Source: Spirogloea muscicola
Taxonomy: Eukaryota
Reading direction: 5' to 3'
Length of the DNA stretch: 50,253 bases
NCBI GenBank assembly: GCA_009602725.1
Contig: WELB01000017.1
Span: 214,184 to 264,436 of the forward strand
Shown here piece by piece: positions 34,625 to 50,253 of the stretch. Under the pieces are notes generated by a model. The model was not told the origin of the DNA and made no database searches. It saw nothing but the letters and a program-made list of their open reading frames with translations. The stretch's first letter is position 1; each line of letters begins with the position of its first letter. The translations under genes and the position numbers were made by a program.

Positions 34625-37600
34625 GGCCCGCCAGCGCGTCCTCGGACCCCGGCCTAGCGCCGCCGTCGGCCGCCGGTGGTGGCGGCGGCTCGGATCGCGG
34701 CGGCCGTGCGCTGCAGGAGCTCGATGAGCAGGAGTGCCTGTACATGGACGGCGCCGCCGCAGCCGCCGCCGCGCTGCGCCGCAGCAATGGCAGCGGCGGC
34801 GGCGGCATGTACGTCGTCACCAGCAGCCTGCTCAGCATCCTGAGCTGCGCGGAGCAGCACCGCCACTTCCGCGTGAACCTCGACGCGCAGATGCAGCACG
34901 ACGGCCAGCCGGCGCCGCCGCCGCCGCCGCAGGAGCTGCTGCTGCAGGCGGCCAGCACCTCGCATGGCGGGGCCAGCGACGAGCTCTCGTACCACGACGA
35001 CCAGCTGCACGGCCTCGCCTTGGGCGGCGCTGCCATGGACCCGGACCAGGACGACATGGCGTCCATCCTCGAGGCCTTCTACGTGGCCGACCCCGGCCAG
35101 TCTGAGGGCAACAGCCGCGTCAGCACCACCTCGGCTTCGGCAGCCACAGACCCCGCAGGTCGGCCAGTTGCATGTGGAGAGATAACGGAAGCTGAAGCTG
35201 CCTGAAAATGTCTAGGCCGACAAGCACCATGGCTCCTGCCTGTGTATACACTGATGTACATGTTCATCAGGCTTTCTGACTGGTTTGGATGTCCAGTCTC
35301 CAAGCTGCGTCTGGTCACAATAAGATTGGCATATCTCACACGGAGGTGGTGCCGCAGACTCAGGCCTTGATCGGCCGAGGCTGGCCCGCCGCCGGGTGTC
35401 CGAGAGGAAGCGGCCGGCAAACAGCACGAGCTGCTTCAGGGGCGTCACGCACCACTGCCGCACTGGGAGGTGGGAAAGCCATATCTGGTGAGCTTTTCTG
35501 CCACTCCAAATCTCCTCTTATGCGCACCAGCTGTCTGGCCGGAGTCTGATTGCAAAGTCGTCACAGCCTGTCTCGAGGAACTCGACTAGTTTGTGACGAG
35601 GTCGTTACGGATGCTATAAGGGGCACGCACAGCAATTACAGCGGTCAGCATGCGCTCAATTAGTACCTCCATGTGTAGGGAAAATGGAAGGCAGCTCTAC
35701 CTCGGTGGCTTTGACTCTGGTAAGCTTGAGTGTCAGACCTCTCAGGAGCTACTCTAGACCAGCATGTCCAGCAGCAGCACTTGCTCAATGTCGATGATGA
35801 GAGTGAGCTTAGCAGAGCAGCATCGAGGCCCTATATTTTGGGTTTGACAGTTCGCTATCATATTAAGGGACATGTTGTCGAGGCAAGAGACTGCCAGGTC
35901 GGCAGGTCCTGTCCATCTCTGCTGTGGGGCTCCCTTGTGTTGTCCATGTGCAGAGGAGCAGGCTGCTCTCGCCTATGACATAGCTGCCATCAAGTGCAGG
36001 TAGGCAAGCTGCACATTCTGGAGTCCCCTGGCAGCCTTACATCAGCAAGTTGCTCGTGAATGACACAACTTTGTGCAGTCGAAGCGGTTTATGAGTATTC
36101 AATCATTCAGTGCTGAGACTTGCATCTCGCTAAGGTCAACCTCAGCTTTCTTTACTGTCAATTACATGTTTAAGGACCTGCACAGTCAACAACTAACAAG
36201 GAAGGTATGGCCACCTTGGGGTCATCGACCTACTGTGTGCAGAGGAACTGGTGCTGTCACGAACCTGTCCATTGACAACTACCGCCCCCACTTTGCTGAG
36301 ATCTGTGAGCATCCTGGAGCACCAACATGCAACCTGCTCTAGCCGTGTGAGCTAAGAGCATCAAGCTGTGCGTGCCCCACCGCGGAATCGGATCTCTGGG
36401 GTATCCGTGTCAAGTCCTTCACGCAGAATAGGTGACAGGACAAGCATCAAACCTGTTGGTAGCTGCGGTGTCAAAGGAGGAGCTGGTCATATCCCTTCGC
36501 CGACATAGCAAAGGCTTCTCGCGGGGTTCCTCTCGCTATCGAGGAGTCACACGTCATCAGAAGGTCGATGCAGAGCTTTTGCTAAAATAGTTTTAGTCCT
36601 TGACTTGCCAGCTGCTTCAGCACTAAATCATGCAAGTCCTGCTTGCACGGATTCTGCTCAGTGCAACTGGACAACTGACATATACTTCGACGCAAGCACA
36701 TTACTGTTGCTACTGCATGCCTAGCTGATAAGTGATTGGAGTCATCCTTCGCCTATCAGGCGACAACCAGAGATACCTTCTGATCGCCCACTACCGTCTG
36801 TACAGGGCAAATGGGAGGCAAGGATTGGTCAGCTTCAAGGGAAAAAGTATATGTACTTAGGCCTGCACGACACCGAAGAAGAGGCTGCAGCCGCCTACGA
36901 TTGCGAAGCCATCAGGTATCATCGGCTTGCCAGCGCGGCTGCAGCATGCCTGGCCCGTGCCTGCAGCTCTGATTACCAACAGTACAGTCAGACTCATCCC
37001 AGTGTGACTCACGGATGATGACCACACTGAGCAGGCAGAAAGGGCAACAAGCGGTCACCAATTTCGATATTGCCCTGGTCAGCTGCTGATCTCCAGCTCT
37101 GCGTAGCTTGTGTTGCTTCAAAGGGCTTCTGGCTGCGCAAGCTACTGCTGAGTTCTGCGACAGAAAGAATAATATAGCCACATCGCCCTCATCCAACATT
37201 CTTCTCAATATCGTTGTTGGATCACGATAGTCACCTTTCAATTCCAGATGATTTTGGGGGCAAATCGTTGATGAGAAACACTGGTGTATGCATGGTTGCT
37301 ATGACTGCCGATGGACAGTACTCGGCGGCGCCCAGTAGCCAGCACCAGCGATCCCAGGAGGAGATGGCTCTGCATCATCACCTCCAGCACCAGGAGCTCC
37401 TTGGTGAAGCCCAGGGCGAGATACTGGCAGACCACCCCTCCTTCGGGCAGCCCTCGGACCCGGGGGGCGGGAGGCAAAGTGAGAGCGACAGCCCACCATT
37501 CCTCTCAGCCTGCTTCGAGAGCCGACCCTTGGGCCTGGCAGCCAAGAGGCGGATGCTGAGGAAGCAGAAGCAGCACCTGCGATGGCCATCTGTTGAGCAG

Positions 37601-37642
37601 CGTGCGAGGGCACGGCATGACACCTCCTCTGCTGGCAACTGA
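34625..37642 (+). CDS. AP2-subfamily transcription factor with two AP2 domains; start and last exon uncertain
   Basis: First repeat: [22 protein letters not shown] (~35425-35487) | [13 protein letters not shown] (~35680-35719) | [16 protein letters not shown] | AVTN. Linker: [21 protein letters not shown]. Second repeat: [42 protein letters not shown]..|AVTNFD. Confidence 0.85.
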
Positions 37643-38396
37643 AGAGCGCTGACTCACCCAGCTTAAAGCGGTTTACTCTTCGAGCTAGTTAGCACCTATT
37701 CTGTGCAAGGTCAACCGTAATTACAGAAGAACGCTTGCACTTGCAATCATTTGCACTCTTTGAGCTGATCTCAATAATGCATGCTGCATCAAGCTCAACC
37801 ATGGTCCGTGACTATGGGAGGCTTCCTGCAGCATGTACTCTTCCCTTCTGGAATTTAGTAAATGGAGAGGCTCCAAAGGTTCATCAACACATCACAATAT
37901 AGGAAGATCTGCAATATCCTGCTTCCCTGAAGCCTCCCTGGGGGTCGACTTGAGCTTCTTAGCTGTTGGTGCAGAACGTTGTCTAGTTTTGGCAAGAACT
38001 AAGTAAAGACCTTGTCCTGATGTCGTCAACCACAGAGCAGAAGTCATGGAGGCAATGCGAAGCTTCCTGAAGATATCTCAAGAAAAGTTAAAGACCTCAT
38101 TGGATGCTGAGATGTACACATAAACAAGTACGCCGCAACATGAGAATAATGTCAAATAGTAGGCAATGACTTGTGCCTGTGCTGGTTCATACAGAGAAAT
38201 TGATGAGGCAATTGACTTGTGCAATTCCCAATAGCGGAACTACGAGCAGGCCTCACTCAGTGCACAGTAAACTCCATCAAAGGTTGTGCAAGCTCGTCCA
38301 GATCTCAGGTGCTTTAGGAGCACAGCCAACGATACAACCACAACATTGCCGTCCCATAGGTCCTAGCTGCACCTGCTCACATGCACACAACAACTC

Positions 38397-38483
38397 GGCA
38401 CACTCCCTACGCAGGAATTATCCTGATCAGGTGACAGGGTATAATCTCAGCCCGAGCACTGATGCTCGAGCACCCCTGGTGCC
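38397..38483 (-). promoter_or_regulatory. TPP riboswitch aptamer C (distal) in the THI1 3' region
   Basis: Minus strand: GGCAC CAGGGGTG CTCGAGCA-tcag-TGCTCGGG CTGAGA TTATACCCTGTC ACCTGATCAGGATAATTCCTGCGTAGGGAGT GTGCC. P1-P5, UGAGA and the CUGA..GG.UAAU.CC.GCG.AGGGA core are all present. Confidence 0.95.
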
Positions 38484-38575
38484 AAAAGTGAGTCAGTACA
38501 GGTGTCGTCAAAGACATCAAAGAATGACAGAGGCAGCCTGTTTCCTGGGAACACAAATAAAGAACACAACCCATT

Positions 38576-38665
38576 GGCACACTTCCTTCGCAGGCATTAT
38601 CCTGATCAGGTCTTGGGGTATGATCTCAGCCCAAGCAACAGATCTGCTTGAGCACCCCCGGTGCC
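38576..38665 (-). promoter_or_regulatory. TPP riboswitch aptamer B (middle) in the THI1 3' region
   Basis: Minus strand: GGCAC CGGGGGTG CTCAAGCA-gatctgt-TGCTTGGG CTGAGA TCATACCCCAAG ACCTGATCAGGATAATGCCTGCGAAGGAAGT GTGCC. Confidence 0.95.
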
Positions 38666-38741
38666 AGATGGTCGTACGTCAGTATCAGAACAGACACCAC
38701 AAGCAGCATAGACCACCAGACAATGAGATCAAGACAGACAA

Positions 38742-38849
38742 GGCACTTCCCTCCGCAGGCATTATCCTGATCAGGTTGTAAGGGTATAATCTCAGCCCGC
38801 ATCATGCAAAGGCCAAAAGCCTTGCAGTATGCCGGGCACCCCCAGTGCC
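38742..38849 (-). promoter_or_regulatory. TPP riboswitch aptamer A (proximal) in the THI1 3' region
   Basis: Minus strand: GGCAC TGGGGGTG CCCGGCATACTGCAAGGC-tttt-GGCCTTTGCATGATGCGGG CTGAGA TTATACCCTTACA ACCTGATCAGGATAATGCCTGCGGAGGGAA GTGCC. It begins about 195 nt after the THI1 stop. Confidence 0.95.
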
Positions 38850-39043
38850 AACCAACCAAAGCAAGCACACTGACAACAAAGACAATACTGTCCGCCTGTC
38901 TGTCAGGCTCACGCCTAGCACTCCTCACATCCATCACTGTGCACACTATTGCTCATTGTTTTTACTACTGATGCAAGCAATGCAAATGATCAGTCTGGCA
39001 GGAAATAGTGCAGCACAGGAGGAGGGTAAGGCATAGTTGGCGG

Positions 39044-40713
<1,670 letters not shown>

Positions 40714-41504
40714 AGATGAGTGCAAGCGAGAGGGAGGGCTGAGAGCGGCAGGAGCGGCGGCGGCGGCGGCGGCGGCGGTCGTCGCGGCGGCGGCGGTGTG
40801 GAGCTGAAGGAGAGTAATGGCTAATAGAGGCTTGGCACTGCACCGCAGCCGCAGAATTAAGGGGAAAGCAGGTGCCTGCTGCCGGGGCCCATCGCGGCCC
40901 GTGTCCATCAGCTGCCTGTCACTATCACTGTGCTTTCCCGTGCGTGAAGTGAGCACTTTCAAGTGTGGGCCAAGGGCTGTGAAACGAGAAGGGGCTGTGA
41001 AAGGCAGGCCAGCCCAATAACAAACTTGAATGGCAGTCTCCAGCTAGCGGTGCAGACACGGGACGTCCCTCCAGCAATGCGCGCTTGGCCCCCTTCTGCC
41101 AAGACCGGCCCCGGGTGCATGCGCGACGAGTGACGTGTCGCGGTGATGGCGGATGCCGTCGTCGTCCCGTCGGTCGTCGTCGCGACCGCTCGAGATAGAA
41201 TCCGAGCCCTGGGCTGATCCCTCTCGACGGGGGGCCCTTGGCATCCCGCCGTCGTCGTGGCTAATGCCGCCTCACGCCGTCACTGCTCGGGCTCGTGCTC
41301 GCCGCGGCGATCCCGACCGCCTCGTCTCACTGGTGGGAGCGGGTCTTCTGAGAACAAACGGGCTCCGACGCTAGCTCCCTTCTAATTTAGGGCCTGTTTA
41401 CACTTGTGAGAAAGAGCCCCCCCCCCCTTCCACTAGGGGTCCCGTCTGAGGACGACGAACATCGAGAAAGCATCAGTGTGTCCCCGCCTCCCTCCCTCCG
41501 CGCC

Positions 41505-45492
<3,988 letters not shown>

Positions 45493-45897
45493 TTGGACTA
45501 CTAAATACGTGAGTGGCCTATAACCACCATATACATGAGTGCGTGCAAATCCGGTATGTCTCCTTCTGCATTCCAGATATGTGCAGTGTGCATGCTTCAA
45601 GCATCTGTTGTGCTGTAATCAAGAACTCTGCAACTTGCCATAATCTCCTTCGTCCCCTACGTTCTCAGTCGTCTCTACTATGGGCTTTTGCAGGTACCAG
45701 AGCATCACGCATATGCAGCTCAGGGCTGATTTGAGTTGGATGCTCGTTTTCAGAGGCTGCTGTAGTCTGCATGCTGAGTCGTACTGGTCATAGACTGCTC
45801 TTGGATGCGCCACAGGAGGCTTGTCTGCCCTAGACCTTGGAACAGCAGGTTGCATTGGATTGTTTTCCATTTGAGAAGAGTTGTGGCTAACTATTTC

Positions 45898-46015
45898 GGC
45901 ACCGGGGGTGCTTGCTTGAGGTTCACCATCCCCAATACAGGGGGTGGTGACTGAGAGCAGGCTGAGAGAGTCCCTTACAACCTGACCAGGTTAAGACCTG
46001 CGGAGGGAGTGTGCC
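45898..46015 (+). promoter_or_regulatory. TPP riboswitch aptamer in the THIC 3' UTR, with a long P3
   Basis: GGCAC CGGGGGTG CTTGCT..TCACCATCCCC-aataca-GGGGGTGGTGA..AGCAGG CTGAGA GAGTCCCTTACA ACCTGACCAGGTTAAGACCTGCGGAGGGAGT GTGCC, about 405 nt after the THIC stop. This is the known position in plant THIC genes. Confidence 0.95.
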
Positions 46016-46482
46016 GAATATTCGTTGTGGTTTGTGCTGTGCAGGACTTTGCAGACGTTCATGTGCAGGTCGTAATCAAGTGGAGGACTGCAATTACTGT
46101 TTCACATGTCAGGCATCTTGCATTGATAGCTTGCTATGTTCACTTTCTTTTGTTGCATCGTTACGCTCTTGCATGCAAGAGCGTCCTTGACTAGTAAGGT
46201 GGTTGCATCGTGTTAGATCAAGCATCTGGCCAACTGTAAAGCGTGTGGTCAGTGGGCGTGGTTTTAGTCTAGTAGCAAGGATAGCTGGATGGGCTGACTA
46301 GCACCTCCGTTTTGTCAAGTGGACGGGATGCGACGTCCCTCTTGCTGCTTGTATTGAAAATAAAACGAGACAACCGCTTTGCTATTCTGAGACATAGCTT
46401 GGCATAGGCTGGGTTGTTGTCTGCGCTGCAGCGCAGGAAGTACTTAGCTTCATGTAAGAAGCAGCGTGGTATTTGTCTCCTT

Positions 46483-46616
46483 TACTGCCTCTGTACAAGT
46501 CTCTCCATTGACCAGCCTTTCAAAGAGGAACACGTACTAGTGTTATGATACTACCTCTGTACAAGTCTCTCCACTGACCAGCCTTGCAAAGAGGAACAAT
46601 TACTAGTGTTGTGATA
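46483..46616. repeat. Imperfect tandem duplication, 2 x 66 bp
   Basis: TACT(G/A)CCTCTGTACAAGTCTCTCCA(T/C)TGACCAGCCTT(T/G)CAAAGAGGAACA..TACTAGTGTT(A/G)TGA starts at 46483 and again at 46549. Confidence 0.9.
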
Positions 46617-46795
46617 GGACCGCCGAATCCTTGCACCTGAAGAACAGGCTGTTGTGGCCTTGGTTAGACTGGCCTCTCCCAGCCACCGCTCCTGGAAACG
46701 TCTTCTCCCCCCCCCTTTCACAGCCCCCGTCCCCTTTGGAAGAGCTCAGTTAATCTGATAACCATTTCTCACAGCCGACGCCTGACTGTACAAGA

Positions 46796-46937
46796 AGAAG
46801 CGGCACTCCCAATGGGGGCAAGGGCTGTGAAGAGCCAGCCCGAAAAGAATTGGCAAAGGTTCGAAGGGGCCAAACGACGGAGGGGCCTAAAGCGCTTGGC
46901 AGCTACGAAGGGGCCTGGAGATGCTGTGTCAGAACGG
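46796..46937 (-). mobile_element. 142-bp 5'-truncated copy of the CRE-like element 3' UTR with an 8-bp target-site duplication
   Basis: GTACAAGA occurs at 46788-46795 and 46938-46945. The reverse complement of the insert ends ..CAATTCTTTTCGGGCTGGCTCTTCACAGCCCTTGCCCCCATTGGGAGTGCCGCTTCT, nearly identical to the 32906-32954 insert. Two degenerate plus-strand motif copies lie at ~46660-46750. Confidence 0.8.
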
Positions 46938-47168
46938 GTACAAGAGCTGTTTCTTTGGCGAGGACGACCGCAGTGGAATGGAGTGTGTTATGAGTGATGG
47001 AGGGTCTGGGTGAGGCAAAATCCAGTGGGCTCCAGTGGTGGGAGCCGACCGTGAGGCACTGTCGGGGACGTTGGCGGCCAGGACCCAGTTCCGGAACTGA
47101 GGGCGAGTGCTGTGCCCGCCCGCGCGCCCCGCGCGCCGCGAAGTGCGGCGCGCCGCGCGGCGCGCCCN

Positions 47169-47418
47169 CGAGGCGCGGAGGCTGGAGGGCGACCTGGACG
47201 TCAAGCTCTCGTCCTACGCCAAGCTCGGCGGCATGCTGGCCCACGGCGGTGCGGCGGCGCGCGCCGCGCTCTCCGCCCTTCTGCTTCTGCTCGCGCCGCC
47301 GCAGCCATTGTCGTGCCTTTGCCGCCTGCGCCGGCGCTGACGGCGAGTGGCTGGCGGTGGCGGCGCCGGGGGCTTAGGCAGTGTACGTGGAGTCCGGGCC
47401 CGGCGGCGGCGGGCCAGG

Positions 47419-47458
<40 letters not shown>

Positions 47459-48814
47459 GTGGGGTCGTGGAAGAGCATGGAGATGGAGATCGAGGCGCTG
47501 CTGGAGAAGCTGCTGGACGTGAACGACGCCATGGGCCGCTGCATCGCCGCCACCACGTCCACCACGTCCGTCACGCAGAAGCTCGCCCGCCACCGCGACA
47601 TCCTCCACGAGTTCACGCAGGTCTGTCCCAGCACGCCCCATGCCACTGTGCTTGCCTATGCTGCGGCCATGGAGACGGCGGCGACGACGACTGCCCACGT
47701 CTCACGGCGGTGCTCATGAAGGAGGCCGGTGATGGAGGCCTCCATGGTGACATTGTGTTGGCGGTCGGTGCTGGAGCCGACTGCAGGAGTTTCGACGGAC
47801 CAAGGGCAACATCCGCTCGCAGAGGGAGCACGCGGAGCTGCTCGTCTCGGTCCGCAACGACATCAGCGAGTACAAGGTGGCTCCTTCCGCCTGGCTCGCA
47901 TGCCAACCTTCAGCTTGGCCTGCATACAAAGACTGCCGAATGCCAAAGTGGCGGCAAGTCCATTGCAGCGTCCCTGGCTGTTGATGGTGGCTTCCCGAGC
48001 ATTTCTGAAGTTCTGTATTGAGCATGGCCAGCTTTTGATCCTGACGTCCTCCCTGTCCGCCAGCTTAGAACAAGCACATAGCTTGTCAAAGACAGGTCAT
48101 TGTTCACATATTCCGTAGCAAGGTCTTGAGCCAACTGTCTGCTTCAGCACCAGCTCCGTGCAGATTCCGCAATTTACAGCAACTTTGCATGGTTCATCTC
48201 TATATTGTCAGCAGGCCTCTGCAGGGGGCGCATCTCCCATGCCTGGCCTGCTCCGTGAGCGGGGCGCCATCCATGGTAACATTGCGCAGGTACTGTCCAG
48301 GTCGTGCATGCAGCACTATGCGCCAAGATACACAACCTTGCACCACTAGAGTAGGATTCTGTCACTGATTTTGAGTCACTTGGTCTGCAGATTGACGAGG
48401 TCATCAGTCAGGCGGAGGCCACCAAGGGGGCGCTGGCGGCACAGAAGACCCTGTTCCTGGATGTTCAGTCCCGGCTTAAGGTCCTCGGAGACCGCTTCCC
48501 AGTTGTACGAAATATACTAGGCAAGGCCCTCGACTTGCCTACCATGATGGCCCATCATGCATCTTTTGATGTGCTGCCATTTTGGTCCTCAGTCCAGAAT
48601 CAGCATCACATTGTCTCATCCAGCCCTCACCTCATGCTCGCCAGTCAGGCAATCCACAGCATCAGCTCAGAACCTGGTCAAAACTCCTCAGCCTGCATCT
48701 GCAACGCGTGGTGCAGGTTCGATTCGGAGACGACGGAACAGGGACACAATTATCCTTTCGGCTGTCATCACGGCCTGCACGCTCTTCCTGATCATCTATT
48801 GGTTATCAAAATGA
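47169..48814 (+). CDS. GOS1: Golgi SNAP receptor complex member 1 (GOS1/GOSR1); start obscured by the N at 47168
   Basis: Motifs: EARRLEGDLDVKLSSYAKLG, SWKSMEMEIEALLEKLLDVNDAM..QKLARHRDILHEFTQ, EHAELLVSVRNDISEYK, LLRERGAIHG, DRFPVVRNIL|GSIRRRRNRDTIILSAVITACTLFLIIYWLSK* (C-terminal membrane anchor). Confidence 0.92.
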
Positions 48815-49408
48815 CACTCTTGCATCTATTGCGACCTGTGCCATCTGCCTGGCTGTAGCGGCAACCAAAGCCAATTGTGGAGTACCGCGGTCAAGCACCA
48901 CATCTTAAAAGTGTGTAAAATCTGTGAATTCAGTGTCACATATGTACAGACACTGTGAACCCCGTTTAAGACAGTGTTTGAGCAGAGCATGTGTCAAGCG
49001 AGCAGCTTTTAGAAGCTGAAGTCCTTAAAGGCTTCTGCAAGCGGCAGGGCAATCCCAACACCTGACCACACTCAGATGCAGGCTTGGTAAAGGTTCTCAG
49101 CTTGGGCATCATTGCAGACTGCTGGATTGGCACGGCGGTGCGATGATTGTATCATGGATGGCATTATTGAGTCGATTGGTGCCGATGGCAGGCGGATATT
49201 GCAGGCAAGAAATGACTTGCATAGCCAAACATGTAAACCCGTAACCTCACAACTTGAAATCGTTGTCTTGGCAATTTGTGTGCAACATCGGGGGCGGAAC
49301 AATGACTGCAGAGCTTGGAAAGCAGAAAGAAGCAGACAATTGGGACTTGCACATCCTTTCCCCCTGCTTGGTATGTGCAGCATGCCTCTGCAAGGTATTG
49401 CTGTAAGC

Positions 49409-50221
49409 TTATGCCTTAGCAGGGGCCCCATCCCCACGCCGTCCATCCTCGCCCTGGCTCCGAGTGGAGCAGGAGCCGTTGTGGTGGTCGCGGCAGTGGC
49501 TGCTGCCCTCCTCGCCTTCGTCTGCAGAGCTGGACTCGTCGCTGCTACTCTCGCCCACTGGCTTCTCCTTGTGAAAGATGCAGCACTCTGCAGCAAACGC
49601 AGGCGAGCAGCAGCTTGCGCGTTCAGCTGTATCTCAGCCTCCGCAGATTTGTCAACCAAGGCCTGCCCAACACTATTGTCGCCCGGCTTGTCACTGCCAG
49701 CATAAGGACGAGTCCAGGTCTAGTTGGACATGTAAGAGTATTGGAGGAGCAAGAGCTACCACAAGAAGGACTGTCTACCCTCGGTGGTATTAAACGGCAG
49801 CACCGTGCACGGTCTCCGGTTCTCACTTTTCGAGCTTTTGCGTCCGAGGCCCTCGTTGTCGATGGTGTCCGGCTGCCACGTCACGCGCTTCTTGCGGCGC
49901 GGCCGCAGTCGCAGCACGACACGCTCCTCTGCACGCCGCCAGGCGAAGGCGTCGGGGATCAGCATGGCCCTACCCTAACGGAGCCGGCAGCGGCGTTTCC
50001 GCGCGACGTCCCAGAGATGGTCGGACCGGAGCCGCAGGCGAGACGCTGCACCGGCGGTGGCATCGGAAGCTCCATACCTTCGAAGCTCCGGAGCCGGCGC
50101 ACTCACCTGGCGGCTTGTCCTCCACCACGCAGGTGAGCGTGGCGCTGGCGCTGCCGGCGGCGGCGGCGGCGGCGGCGGTGGCAATGGGGACGACGCTGCC
50201 GCGGCCTCCCGCCTGCGCCAT
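49409..50221 (-). CDS. Protein phosphatase 1 inhibitor-3 (Ypi1/PPP1R11 family)
   Basis: Three exons: MAQAGGRGS..EDKPP | ERVVLRLRPRRKKRVTWQPDTIDNEGLGRKSS | KCCIFHKEKPVGESSSDESS..PAKA*. The RVxW PP1-binding motif and KSSKCCIF are diagnostic. Confidence 0.9.
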
Positions 50222-50253
50222 GCACCAAGGCGGCTCCCGGCGGCGGCCCGGCC

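Noticed and set aside
35558..35600. Small hairpin TCGTCACA..TCGAG-gaa-CTCGA..TGTGACGA in an AP2 intron
   Set aside because: It is single-copy, short and imperfect, with no support for a MITE or miRNA.
38173..38946. ORFs 38173-38781 (+) and 38626-38946 (-) with repeated GIILIR / PDQ peptides
   Set aside because: The peptide repeats are translations of the three conserved TPP aptamer cores.

Overview
This is eukaryotic nuclear DNA, GC-rich, gene-dense and full of spliceosomal introns. Plant-type gene families and a plant-type TPP riboswitch layout suggest a streptophyte green alga; this is an inference and the species cannot be fixed from the sequence. Eleven intron-containing genes can be reconstructed by eye: a KEA4/5/6-type K+/H+ antiporter, a DNA polymerase III alpha (dnaE), a NYN+LOTUS (MARF1-like) protein, 2-amino-3-ketobutyrate CoA ligase, COA5/Pet191, cytosolic-type pyruvate kinase, a double-AP2 transcription factor, THI1, THIC, a GOS1 SNARE and a PP1 inhibitor-3/Ypi1. 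Two clusters of 5'-truncated CRE-like (restriction-like endonuclease) non-LTR retrotransposon remnants lie at 1-3860 and about 32200-34230. There are two main highlights. (1) THI1 and THIC form a head-to-head thiamine pair: THI1 carries three tandem, diverged but intact TPP riboswitch aptamers in its 3' region, and THIC carries a fourth. (2) The dnaE is a full-length, roughly 22-exon, cyanobacterial-type nuclear gene with a transit-peptide-like N-terminus and an unsplit YCFN intein site. Exon boundaries were read manually and some are approximate. N gaps hide parts of the 5' ends of KEA, KBL, AP2 and GOS1.
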